This document shows positions 7,983 through 17,454 of a DNA stretch of 32,000 nucleotides, one piece after another. This DNA comes from Candidatus Saccharimonadota bacterium. GTDB taxonomy: Archaea > Micrarchaeota > Micrarchaeia > Micrarchaeales > Micrarchaeaceae. How positions within the stretch are numbered: position 1 is the stretch's first letter; each line of letters starts with the position of its first letter. The notes under the pieces were generated by a model, which worked only from the letters and a program-made list of their open reading frames with translations, did not search any database and was not told the DNA's origin. Location: contig OY969114.1 of the NCBI GenBank assembly GCA_963698035.1, positions 630,001 to 662,000 of the forward strand, written 5' to 3'. Both the position numbers and the translations under genes were made by a program.

Positions 7983-10097
7983 ATGAACCCGAGCTCCCTA
8001 AAGGGCAGGATGCCCTTTGAAATAATAGAGTCCCTGGAGAAGAGGGGCATATTGAAACTCACCCCTCCGCAAGAGCTGGCTGTAAAGGCAGGCCTTCTGG
8101 ACGGTGCAAATCTCGTAGTGGCTGCGCCGACCGCCAGCGGAAAGACCCTAATAGCCGAGATCGGCTGCGTCAACGCGATATTATCAAAGAGGATGAAGGC
8201 GGTATACGTTGCGCCGATGCGTGCCATTGTCTCTGAAAAGTACAGCGAGTTTAGGGCAGCGTATCCGTACATAAAGTGCGCAATGTCGATAGGGGACCTC
8301 GACTCTGCAGACCAGTGGCTTGCCGATTACGAGATGGTATTCGTGTCTACAGAGAAGTTCGACAGCCTGATAAGGCACGGGGTCGATTGGCTCGCCAATA
8401 TAGGCTGCCTCATCTTCGACGAGGTGCACATGCTCGGCGACATGTCGCGCGGTCCGACCCTCGAGATACTTATAACGAAGCTGATGTCCTCGTGCAAGGC
8501 CCAGATAATCGCGCTCAGCGCCACGATAGGCAACGCCAAGGAAATATCGAAGTGGCTGGATGCCAAGCTCATAGAGAGCGACTACAGACCGGTCAAACTC
8601 ACAAAGGGAATAATCTGCAACAGCACGGTCTATTACGGAGAGGACGCACCCGAAATGAGCTCCATACTCAACGGAAGCAGCAGGATACCGGAAATAAGAA
8701 TTGCCGAGGATACCCTCTTACAGAAGAAGCAGGCGCTGATATTCTACTCGACAAGAAGGAATGCGGAGGCAGGCGCGCAGAGGATAGCCGCTGCCCTAGG
8801 GGATACCGTATCCAAGGGCAACAGAGCCGAGCTAGAGAGTGTAAGCAAGAGCGTCCTCGAGGTTCTTGAGAGGCCGACGGACCAGTGCATTAAGCTCTCG
8901 AAGCTCGTAAAGTCGGGCGTTGCGTTCCACCACGCCGGCCTGCTGAACGTGCAGAGAGGGATAATAGAGGATGCATTCAAGTCGAACATGATAAAGGTGA
9001 TATGCTCTACTACGACTCTTGGCTTCGGCGTGAATCTCCCTGCGCACACCGTTCTTGTAAGGGACATACACAGGTATGAGAACTCAAGCAGCGGCATGAT
9101 GGGCGTCAACGAGGTGACGCAGCTCTTCGGCAGGGCGGGGCGCCCCAAGTACGACACCGAAGGAAGGGCGCTGCTGATAGCCAGCAGCATGGATAGGATG
9201 CGCGAGCTCTACAGGGATTACATAATCGCGAAGCCGGAGCCGGTCGACTCGAGCCTTGCCGTGGTGCCAATCCTCAGGTCGCACATACTCTCGCTGATCG
9301 CGACAGGCTTTGTTAACAGAGCCGAATCTCTTGAGAAGTTCTTCTCGAGGAGCTTCTATGGGGTGCAGTACGGCAACATGCAACATTTGAACAGGGTAAT
9401 AAGTGAGGTCCTCCAGGACCTCGGGAGATGGGAGATGATAACCGAAGAGGACGAGATCTATGCTGCGACAAAGCTCGGCAGCAGGGTCAGCGAGCTCTAC
9501 ATAGACCCGCTGTCGGCGAAGTGGATGGTTGATTCATTGCCAAACGCGGTAGACACAATCGGCATGCTCTTCACGATATCGAATACGCTCGAGATGAGGC
9601 CGTACGTTAGGGTCACCCCGGAGGCGGAGGAGATGCTCGCAGCATACATGCACACCCACAGGAAGCTGATGCTCAGGGAGTTCAACTCCATAGACTACGG
9701 CAACTACGCCCCCGAGGGCGCATTCAGCACCGCGATGATGCTCAACGACTGGATGGAGGAGATGAAGGAACCCGACATAGTCAGGAAGTACTCTTCTACA
9801 CCGGGCGCCCTCTACACAAAGATAAGCAACGCAGACTGGCTAATATACTCCGCTATAGAGCTCGCCAAGATAGTCAAGGTATCAACCAGAAAGATTGTTG
9901 AGACAAGAGTGAGGCTGAGGTACGGCATAAAGGAAGAGCTGCTGGACCTCGTCAGGCTGCAGCAGATAGGAAGGGTCAGGGCGAGGATGCTCTACTCGAA
10001 CGGCATAAGGGACATAGAATCCATAAGGCAGAACAGGACGAAGGTCGCCAGCATACTCGGCAAGGAGATCTCGGAGAAGGTCTTCTCCCAGCTATAG
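7983..10097 (+). CDS. hel308: Ski2-like DNA helicase Hel308/Hjm.
   Basis: 704-aa ORF. SF2 motifs are present: AAPTASGKT (I), DEVH (II), SAT (III) and QLFGRAGRP (VI). The length and the C-terminal helical domain are typical of archaeal Hel308. Confidence 0.85.
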   Translation: MNPSSLKGRMPFEIIESLEKRGILKLTPPQELAVKAGLLDGANLVVAAPTASGKTLIAEIGCVNAILSKRMKAVYVAPMRAIVSEKYSEFRAAYPYIKCAMSIGDLDSADQWLADYEMVFVSTEKFDSLIRHGVDWLANIGCLIFDEVHMLGDMSRGPTLEILITKLMSSCKAQIIALSATIGNAKEISKWLDAKLIESDYRPVKLTKGIICNSTVYYGEDAPEMSSILNGSSRIPEIRIAEDTLLQKKQALIFYSTRRNAEAGAQRIAAALGDTVSKGNRAELESVSKSVLEVLERPTDQCIKLSKLVKSGVAFHHAGLLNVQRGIIEDAFKSNMIKVICSTTTLGFGVNLPAHTVLVRDIHRYENSSSGMMGVNEVTQLFGRAGRPKYDTEGRALLIASSMDRMRELYRDYIIAKPEPVDSSLAVVPILRSHILSLIATGFVNRAESLEKFFSRSFYGVQYGNMQHLNRVISEVLQDLGRWEMITEEDEIYAATKLGSRVSELYIDPLSAKWMVDSLPNAVDTIGMLFTISNTLEMRPYVRVTPEAEEMLAAYMHTHRKLMLREFNSIDYGNYAPEGAFSTAMMLNDWMEEMKEPDIVRKYSSTPGALYTKISNADWLIYSAIELAKIVKVSTRKIVETRVRLRYGIKEELLDLVRLQQIGRVRARMLYSNGIRDIESIRQNRTKVASILGKEISEKVFSQL

Positions 10098-10111
10098 GAT
10101 TTTATAATCCT
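10096..10111 (+). promoter_or_regulatory. Palindromic TATA-like element AGGATT-TTAT-AATCCT upstream of the histone gene. It overlaps the hel308 stop codon.
   Basis: Perfect 6-nt inverted arms flank a TTAT core. TTTATAAT lies 28-35 nt upstream of the histone ATG at 10136. It could also act as a hairpin at the hel308 3' end. Confidence 0.4.
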
Positions 10112-10135
10112 TCTGCCCACTAATATGTGGTTTAC

Positions 10136-10333
10136 ATGTACGTATCAGACGGTACGGCGAGGAAGATACTGAAGGAGGCAGGGGCCACGAGGGTAAGCGC
10201 AGACGCAACGCAGGAGTTCCAGAAGTGCATAAACAGGTACGCGTTCGAGGTCGCGCAGAAGGCTGTGAAGTTCGCCAAGCACGCGAAGAGGAAGACCGTT
10301 GAAGGCTCGGACATAAGCCTTGCTGCATACTAG
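10136..10333 (+). CDS. Archaeal histone (HMf-type histone fold).
   Basis: The track ORF is 10127..10333 (GTG); I prefer the ATG at 10136 (65 aa). The sequence ARKILKEAGATRVSADATQEFQKCINRYAFEVAQKAVKFAKHAKRKTVEGSDISLA follows the archaeal histone helix-strand-helix pattern, including the conserved RKT...DI motif. Confidence 0.85.
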   Translation: MYVSDGTARKILKEAGATRVSADATQEFQKCINRYAFEVAQKAVKFAKHAKRKTVEGSDISLAAY

Positions 10334-10416
10334 ATAGGTATGTTGAAGAGCTTCAGTACTATCATCGTGCCCACCGCGGAAGCCCGAAGAGCACAGTCGA
10401 CATGTGGCATCGCAAG

Positions 10417-10424
10417 TTATATTA
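10417..10424 (+). promoter_or_regulatory. TATA box for the RNase P RNA gene, embedded in the palindrome AAGTTA-TAT-TAACTT (10414-10428).
   Basis: TTATATTA lies 26-33 nt upstream of the inferred RNA 5' end at 10450. Confidence 0.45.
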
Positions 10425-10449
10425 ACTTGAAAATCCAATATAATTCATT

Positions 10450-10685
10450 GGTGGCGGGTGAGCAGCTAACCGAAAGGAGGAAGCTCCTCCCATACAGAGC
10501 GCATATGGCTTAAGGTCTTATCCGGAACAGAAACGAGACCATGAACGTGCACAAAGCAATGACACTACGAGCGCACGGGAATGGATGAAACGCGCCGGGG
10601 AAATGCGCAGTGAGTATGCAAGGCGTTATCGCCGCTCAGTCTAATGCTGCATAAAACAGAAGGAGGGCTACGGCCCGCCACTAAC
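10450..10685 (+). ncRNA. rnpB: RNase P RNA, compact form of about 236 nt.
   Basis: The terminal helix P1 pairs GGUGGCGGG (10450-10458) with CCCGCCAC(U) (10674-10682). The CR-I-like sequence GGAGGAAGCUCCUCC spans 10476-10490. ACAGAA (10656-10661) sits immediately before GGAGGGCU (10662-10669). AGC[U]CCUCC pairs with GGAGGGCU as 3 bp, a bulged U, then 5 bp. This reproduces the universally conserved P4 helix architecture (E. coli: AAG[U]CCGGG with ACAGAA-CCCGGCUU). GAUGAAAC and GUGAGUAUGCA resemble the CR-II/CR-III elements. Confidence 0.75.
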
Positions 10686-10748
10686 ATCAAAATAAGAAAG
10701 TGACGGCTACTTATAAGTTATCAAGAGACTCCTTGCTGAACTGGCCCG

Positions 10749-11168
10749 TCAATCCTGTGGCGGATGTCTCATTGCAAACATCCTGGAAAACCTGTTGAAC
10801 TCTGGTGGTGCAAACCCTTTCATCTGTATCCTACTGGCTTCCACCACCCCCGTTGAAAGCGGAGTCGTCATAATTCTTCTTAGAAGGTCACGCGACGCCT
10901 CTTCCCCAATCTTAATATCTCTAACTCCCCTATCCAACAGTAGGGCAACATCTCGCTCTTCTTCCACTACTCTTCTCTCTGCCTCCTTTTCTGTCCACCC
11001 ATGGCTTACCAAATCTCCCACGTCTCTTTTATGCGCTGCCACATACGACTTAAAGAGACGGTCATAACCCCATCTCATAAATTTTCGCACCTCCTCTACC
11101 TCTGATACATTCGGAGTGATTTTTGGTGTGGGAACTGATTGAGTTGTAAAGCTACCCATTATAATCAC
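10749..11168 (-). CDS. Hypothetical protein.
   Basis: 139-aa ORF starting at GTG 11168, with an alternative ATG at 11159. It is charged and helical (EKEAERRVVEEERDVALLLDRGVRDIKIGEEASRDLLRR). I recognise no family. Confidence 0.45.
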   Translation of the reverse strand: MIIMGSFTTQSVPTPKITPNVSEVEEVRKFMRWGYDRLFKSYVAAHKRDVGDLVSHGWTEKEAERRVVEEERDVALLLDRGVRDIKIGEEASRDLLRRIMTTPLSTGVVEASRIQMKGFAPPEFNRFSRMFAMRHPPQD

Positions 11169-11229
11169 GCATCAGTATATCTTCATTCCAGATATTTAAC
11201 AATATCTAATGCCTATTACGCCTGTCTAA

Positions 11230-12009
11230 CTACTGGCCTTGTATCCTCTTGAAGAGGACGAAGGCGATGCCAATAAATATGAATGCGCAGACGAAGGTCG
11301 CCAGCATGTCGACTGTTACAGAGTAGGTGGAGAAGTGGAGCAGCGCCCCCCGCATGCCATCTGTCGCGTAGAAGAGCGGGTCTATGTGCGCGAGCCCATT
11401 CAGCCATGCGGGCAGGCTTGCGCTTATTGGGAAGAGCGCGCCCGACAGGAAGAAGAGTGGCATCATAAGGAAGTTTATCAGGACCTGGAAGCTCTCTATG
11501 TTATTTATAAGCGCAGCTATTATCAGACCCATGGCCACGAATGTGGCAGACGCAAGCACCATGAAGAGCAGGGTCTCCACAATGCCCAATACGGAAATGT
11601 AGGAGAGCGGCAGTATCCCAAACACTAGCACTATGACGAGTATCAGCAACGCGGTCAGTACCGATATGGTGGAGCTGCCTGCCGTCTTCCCGAGGACTAT
11701 TGCCGCCCTGGATATCGGCGCAACGAGTATCTCCTTCAGGAAGCCGAACTGCTTGTCCCATATTACGCTCACGCCCGCGAAAATAGAGCTGAAGAGTATG
11801 GTCATGCTGATTACGCCGACCGATAGAAAGGTGAGGTAGGGTATCCCATTGCCTGCCGTCAGCGCGAATGCGGAGCCTAGGCCAACCCCGACTATAGCGA
11901 GCCAGAGGAGCGGCTGCCCGCCGCTGCCCACCATCCTTGACTTCGACTTCAGGAATCTCTTCATCTCCCTGAGCCATATTGTGTATATCGCTTCGAATGT
12001 ATTGGTCAT
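11230..12009 (-). CDS. ABC-2 type transporter permease.
   Basis: 259-aa ORF with about six hydrophobic spans. The start overlaps the stop of the upstream ATPase gene (ATGA at 12006-12009). The layout is typical of ABC-2/DrrB-like exporter permeases. Confidence 0.75.
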   Translation of the reverse strand: MTNTFEAIYTIWLREMKRFLKSKSRMVGSGGQPLLWLAIVGVGLGSAFALTAGNGIPYLTFLSVGVISMTILFSSIFAGVSVIWDKQFGFLKEILVAPISRAAIVLGKTAGSSTISVLTALLILVIVLVFGILPLSYISVLGIVETLLFMVLASATFVAMGLIIAALINNIESFQVLINFLMMPLFFLSGALFPISASLPAWLNGLAHIDPLFYATDGMRGALLHFSTYSVTVDMLATFVCAFIFIGIAFVLFKRIQGQ

Positions 12010-12992
12010 CTCCTACCACCGAACCTGGTCCGGCCGGCAGCTGAGCTGTCCGCCTCCTCCTCCCTTATCTCCCTGCCTGTAAGGCTTATGAAAACATCCT
12101 CCAGGCTTGGCCTCTTAACAGTCGCATAATCTATGGCCAGCCCCTTTGAATCAGCTATCTTCGTTATCTTCGGCAGCGCCTTCGCACCGTTCCGGGTTGT
12201 TATCTCAAGGCCATCTCTCGTCTCCTTCATCGCCTTTATGAACGGCTTCTTCTTAAGCAGCTCGTAGAGATCCTTCTTCTTCTCAACGCCGATCCTGACC
12301 ACATCCCCTCCTAGCGAGCTCTTCAGCCCCTCGGGGGTGCCGAACTTTATTATTTTCCCGTGGTCTATTATTGCCAGGCGGTCGCAGAGCAGATCCGCCT
12401 CCTCAAGGTAATGGGTCGTAAGTATTATTGTGAGCTTCTGCTCCCTGTTGAGCTTCGTTATGTAGTCCCAGATCTTTCTCCTCGTCTGAGGATCCAGCCC
12501 CAGGGTCGGCTCGTCGAGGAAGAGCACCCTTGGACGGTGTATGAATCCCCTAGCTATCTCAAGCCTCCTCTTCATTCCACCGGAGAAGGTCTTCACCTGG
12601 CTATTCGCCCTGTCCTCCAACTCCACGAGCTTCAGCACATTCTGAATTATCTCCTTCTTGTTCTTTTTCACGCCGTAGAGCCTCGCATGGAAGTCAAGGT
12701 TCTCCCGGGCTGTGAGCTCGTCGTCAAGCGAAGGGTCCTGGAAGACTATGCCTATCATCTGCCTCGCACGGTTCTTGTCCTTCAGCACGTCTATGCCGTA
12801 CACCTTTATCGAGCCCGATGTGTGGCTGAGTGTCGTGGTTATCATCGATATGGTAGTCGTCTTTCCGGCCCCGTTCGGCCCCAAAAGCCCGAATATCTCG
12901 CCTTCCTTGACCTTGAAGGAGATGCCGTCCACTGCGGTGAACTTCCCGAACCTCTTGACCAGCTTGGTAACTTCTATAGCATTTGCAACCAT
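12006..12992 (-). CDS. ABC transporter ATP-binding protein (ABC-2/DrrA-like exporter ATPase).
   Basis: 328-aa ORF. It has Walker A GPNGAGKTT, the signature FSGGMKRRL, Walker B VLFLDEPTLGLD and an H-loop TTHYLEE. Confidence 0.9.
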   Translation of the reverse strand: MVANAIEVTKLVKRFGKFTAVDGISFKVKEGEIFGLLGPNGAGKTTTISMITTTLSHTSGSIKVYGIDVLKDKNRARQMIGIVFQDPSLDDELTARENLDFHARLYGVKKNKKEIIQNVLKLVELEDRANSQVKTFSGGMKRRLEIARGFIHRPRVLFLDEPTLGLDPQTRRKIWDYITKLNREQKLTIILTTHYLEEADLLCDRLAIIDHGKIIKFGTPEGLKSSLGGDVVRIGVEKKKDLYELLKKKPFIKAMKETRDGLEITTRNGAKALPKITKIADSKGLAIDYATVKRPSLEDVFISLTGREIREEEADSSAAGRTRFGGRR

Positions 12993-13079
12993 GTTTTCAC
13001 TGGGCGCCCAATTTATGGATAAAATTATGATGCAGAATGTTTATATTTATTCGATTTTATAAGCTGCTGGTGTAATGGA

Positions 13080-14567
13080 ATGCCCCAAGACAGCCAGGAG
13101 AAGACGCTCTTCATATACAATACTCTTAGCGGGAAGAAGGAGAGGTTTAGGCCGATAAACGACAGCGAAGTTGGAATGTATTCCTGCGGCATCACAGCGT
13201 ATTATTCACCGCACATAGGCAACATGAGACGGTATCTGGAGGATGACGTGCTGAAGAGGCTGCTGGTCCACGATGGTTATACAGTAAAGCATGTAGAGAA
13301 CATCACAGACGTCGGACACTTGGTCAGCGATGCTGATACGGGGGACGACAAGCTCAGGCTTGCAGCGGAGAAATCACACAAGAGCATGAAGGAGGTTGCG
13401 GATTTCTATACAAGGATGTTCATCAACGACTCAAAGCTGCTGAATATAATACCTCCAGATATAATGTGCAGGGCTACAGATCACATACCAGAGATGCTGG
13501 CCCTGCTTGACAAACTTGATAAAGGGGGTTATCTCTACAAGGCAGAAAATGGGATATACTTTGACACATCCAAATTCAGGAGCTACGGAATGCTTACAGG
13601 AATGACCCTAGAGAGGCTGAATGCGGAGCTGAAGGAGGGTGCAAGGGTTGAGAAGGTGGAGGGAAAGAGGCACGCGACAGACTTTGCGGTGTGGAGATTT
13701 GCAAGCCCCGACCAAAAGGAGATGGTCTGGGACTCGAAGTGGGGGCGGGGATTCCCAGGATGGCACCTCGAGTGCAGCGCAATGAGTATGAAATATCTAG
13801 GCAATCATTTTGACATACACACCGGAGGGATAGACCATCTGCAGATACACCACCCTAACGAGATAGCGCAGTCGGAGGCTGCCACCGGCGAGAAGTTCGT
13901 TAACTACTGGGTGCACCACAGATTCCTTGAGGTCGACGGCAGAAAGATGTCGAAGTCGGCCCAGACGCTGTACGACCTGCAATACGTCCTTGGCAAGGGC
14001 TACTCCCCAATGGGCGTCAGGTTCTTCCTGATATCTGGAAATTACAGGCAGGCGCTCAACTTCACATTCGCGGCGCTCTCGAATGCGGAGAAGACGTTGA
14101 ACGGCATCTATTCTTTCGTAGAGAGGCTATCCGAGAACACTAACAAAGGCGACGCCGACGACGCAAAAGAGTTCAAGAAGGGGATCGGCACGCTAAAGAA
14201 GGAATTCTTCAAGGAGATGAACAACGATCTCACTATGCCCGAGGCGCTGGCCAAGATGCATGCCATAATAACCGCGACGAACTCTAGAAGCAAACTGAAC
14301 AGAAAGGAGGCAATGGCGGTGATAAAGGCATTGCTGGAGATAGACGAGATACTCGGCCTTAGGTTCGGGGAGCATGTAAAGGTTAAGAAAAGGCCTCTAG
14401 ATAAGGAGATAAAGCAGATGATAGATGATAGGGAGGCTGCAAGAGCCTCCAAGGACTTCAAGAGAGCTGATGAGCTGCGCAGGCTGCTTAAAGAGCGCTA
14501 CCACGTAGCGCTTGAGGATACCCCCGACGGGCCGAAATGGTACACCGACCGCGGTGGCAAACAATAG
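13080..14567 (+). CDS. cysS: Cysteine--tRNA ligase.
   Basis: 495-aa ORF with class I synthetase motifs HIGN (HIGH) and KMSKS. It also has the CysRS-typical segments CGITAYYSPHIGNMR and GWHLECSAMS. Confidence 0.9.
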   Translation: MPQDSQEKTLFIYNTLSGKKERFRPINDSEVGMYSCGITAYYSPHIGNMRRYLEDDVLKRLLVHDGYTVKHVENITDVGHLVSDADTGDDKLRLAAEKSHKSMKEVADFYTRMFINDSKLLNIIPPDIMCRATDHIPEMLALLDKLDKGGYLYKAENGIYFDTSKFRSYGMLTGMTLERLNAELKEGARVEKVEGKRHATDFAVWRFASPDQKEMVWDSKWGRGFPGWHLECSAMSMKYLGNHFDIHTGGIDHLQIHHPNEIAQSEAATGEKFVNYWVHHRFLEVDGRKMSKSAQTLYDLQYVLGKGYSPMGVRFFLISGNYRQALNFTFAALSNAEKTLNGIYSFVERLSENTNKGDADDAKEFKKGIGTLKKEFFKEMNNDLTMPEALAKMHAIITATNSRSKLNRKEAMAVIKALLEIDEILGLRFGEHVKVKKRPLDKEIKQMIDDREAARASKDFKRADELRRLLKERYHVALEDTPDGPKWYTDRGGKQ

Positions 14568-14575
14568 GCGTATCT

Positions 14576-14692
14576 TGGAGGGGGCGAGATTTGAACTCGC
14601 GGTCTCTAGATTTCTCGTCATAGCACAGGGCTCGTCACTCATAATGCTTTGCATATGAGTCTAGCGCTCTAACCAGGCTGAGCTACCCCTCC
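14576..14692 (-). tRNA. tRNA with CAU anticodon (elongator Met or Ile2) and a 42-nt intron at the canonical 37/38 position.
   Basis: Minus-strand read: GGAGGGG UA GCUC AGCCUGGUUA GAGC G CUAGA CUCAUA[intron]A UCUAG AGACC GCGAG UUCAAAU CUCGC CCCCUCC A. All four stems pair. The intron segment UAUGAGU pairs with exon ACUCAUA, forming the extended helix expected for a bulge-helix-bulge splice site. G1-C72 and a CUAGA anticodon stem exclude an initiator tRNA. Confidence 0.9.
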
Positions 14693-14715
14693 TGCAAAAT
14701 AGATTGGTGTGAAGG

Positions 14716-14723
14716 ATTAAAAA
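14716..14723 (-). promoter_or_regulatory. TATA box for the tRNA(CAU) gene.
   Basis: The minus strand reads CTTTTTAATCC. The TTTTTAAT core lies 24-31 nt upstream of the tRNA 5' end (14692). Confidence 0.45.
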
Positions 14724-14736
14724 GATGATAGAGGCG

Positions 14737-16897
<2,161 letters not shown>

Positions 16898-16998
16898 TGG
16901 GATCACCCCTCCAGAAATAGGAAAGCCGCATTATAATGTGGCGCAAACATCTTTAATAGCTTGCCGGGCGGGCATGAAGAGAATGCCAGTCATTGCGC

Positions 16999-17211
16999 TC
17001 ATTCCTCCGTCTCGTCCTCTTCGTCGTCCTCGTCGTCTTCCCAGTCTTCCTCCTCTCCATCGTCGTCCCCGTCGTCCCCCTCTCCTTCTTCAGCCAAATT
17101 CAGTATATATAGCATCGGCGTTATCATTTGCTCACATCTGCATACACGGTGGTATGCCTTTTCTCTTATTAACAGATTGGTATAAAAACCTTTCGACAAA
17201 TCTGGAGTCAA
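16999..17211 (-). CDS. Possible small protein with a 30-residue poly-acidic C-terminal tail.
   Basis: 70-aa ORF from TTG 17211, or 42 aa from ATG 17127. The tail is EEGEGDDGDDDGEEEDWEDDEDDEEDETEE (17002-17091). The tract keeps strict in-frame GAN/GGN triplet periodicity, which favours coding over a random purine tract. I recognise no family, and the N-terminal part is unconvincing. Confidence 0.3.
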   Translation of the reverse strand: MTPDLSKGFYTNLLIREKAYHRVCRCEQMITPMLYILNLAEEGEGDDGDDDGEEEDWEDDEDDEEDETEE

Positions 17212-17454
17212 CGGCGTGGCTTTGCAGAAGCAAGCCGCAGTGACAGAATTGCATTATTGCACAAAGCCGAGGTTTTGGGGCATGCGGCTGCGATGCAGCT
17301 CTGATTCCCCCCAACGACGCTAACTTTATATATTTGATGGTGGAAAATACTATATGCGTCTTTGACGCTGCGTCGCAGAGGCTATTGCTTAGTCTATGAC
17401 GGCAAAGTGAGTGCAAGCTCACTCTTAGGAAAACACACTAATCTAGATGATAAG

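Noticed and set aside
8276-8869. Long alternative-frame and antisense ORFs inside real genes. Examples are 8276-8869, 12360-13022, 15676-16335, 16635-17243, 20039-20758, 24668-25405 and 25263-25811.
   Set aside because: All overlap genes with strong family signatures. Their translations are Arg/Pro/Leu/Ser-rich and low in complexity, as expected for off-frame reading of moderately GC-rich coding DNA.
10450-10685. SRP (7S) RNA as an alternative identity for the structured RNA. The internal UCCGGAACAGAAACGAGACC loosely resembles the helix 8 GGAA-tetraloop region.
   Set aside because: The bases flanking GGAA do not pair (UCC/CAG). The length is about 70 nt short of archaeal SRP RNA. The CR-I, ACAGAA and bulged-U P4 combination fits RNase P RNA much better.
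17003-17095. The pyrimidine-rich (plus strand) tract as a non-coding H-DNA or triplex-forming element.
   Set aside because: The tract is not pure pyrimidine; a G occurs every few bases. It has strict 3-nt periodicity in one minus-strand frame, which points to acidic-codon coding rather than a structural DNA element. It is kept only as a low-confidence ORF.
17362-17454. The N-terminal extension of EF-1alpha given by the track ([31 protein letters not shown]).
   Set aside because: EF-1alpha families begin a few residues before the GHVDHGKS P-loop. The ATG at 17455 gives the canonical N-terminus. The extension is upstream read-through from a non-ATG start.
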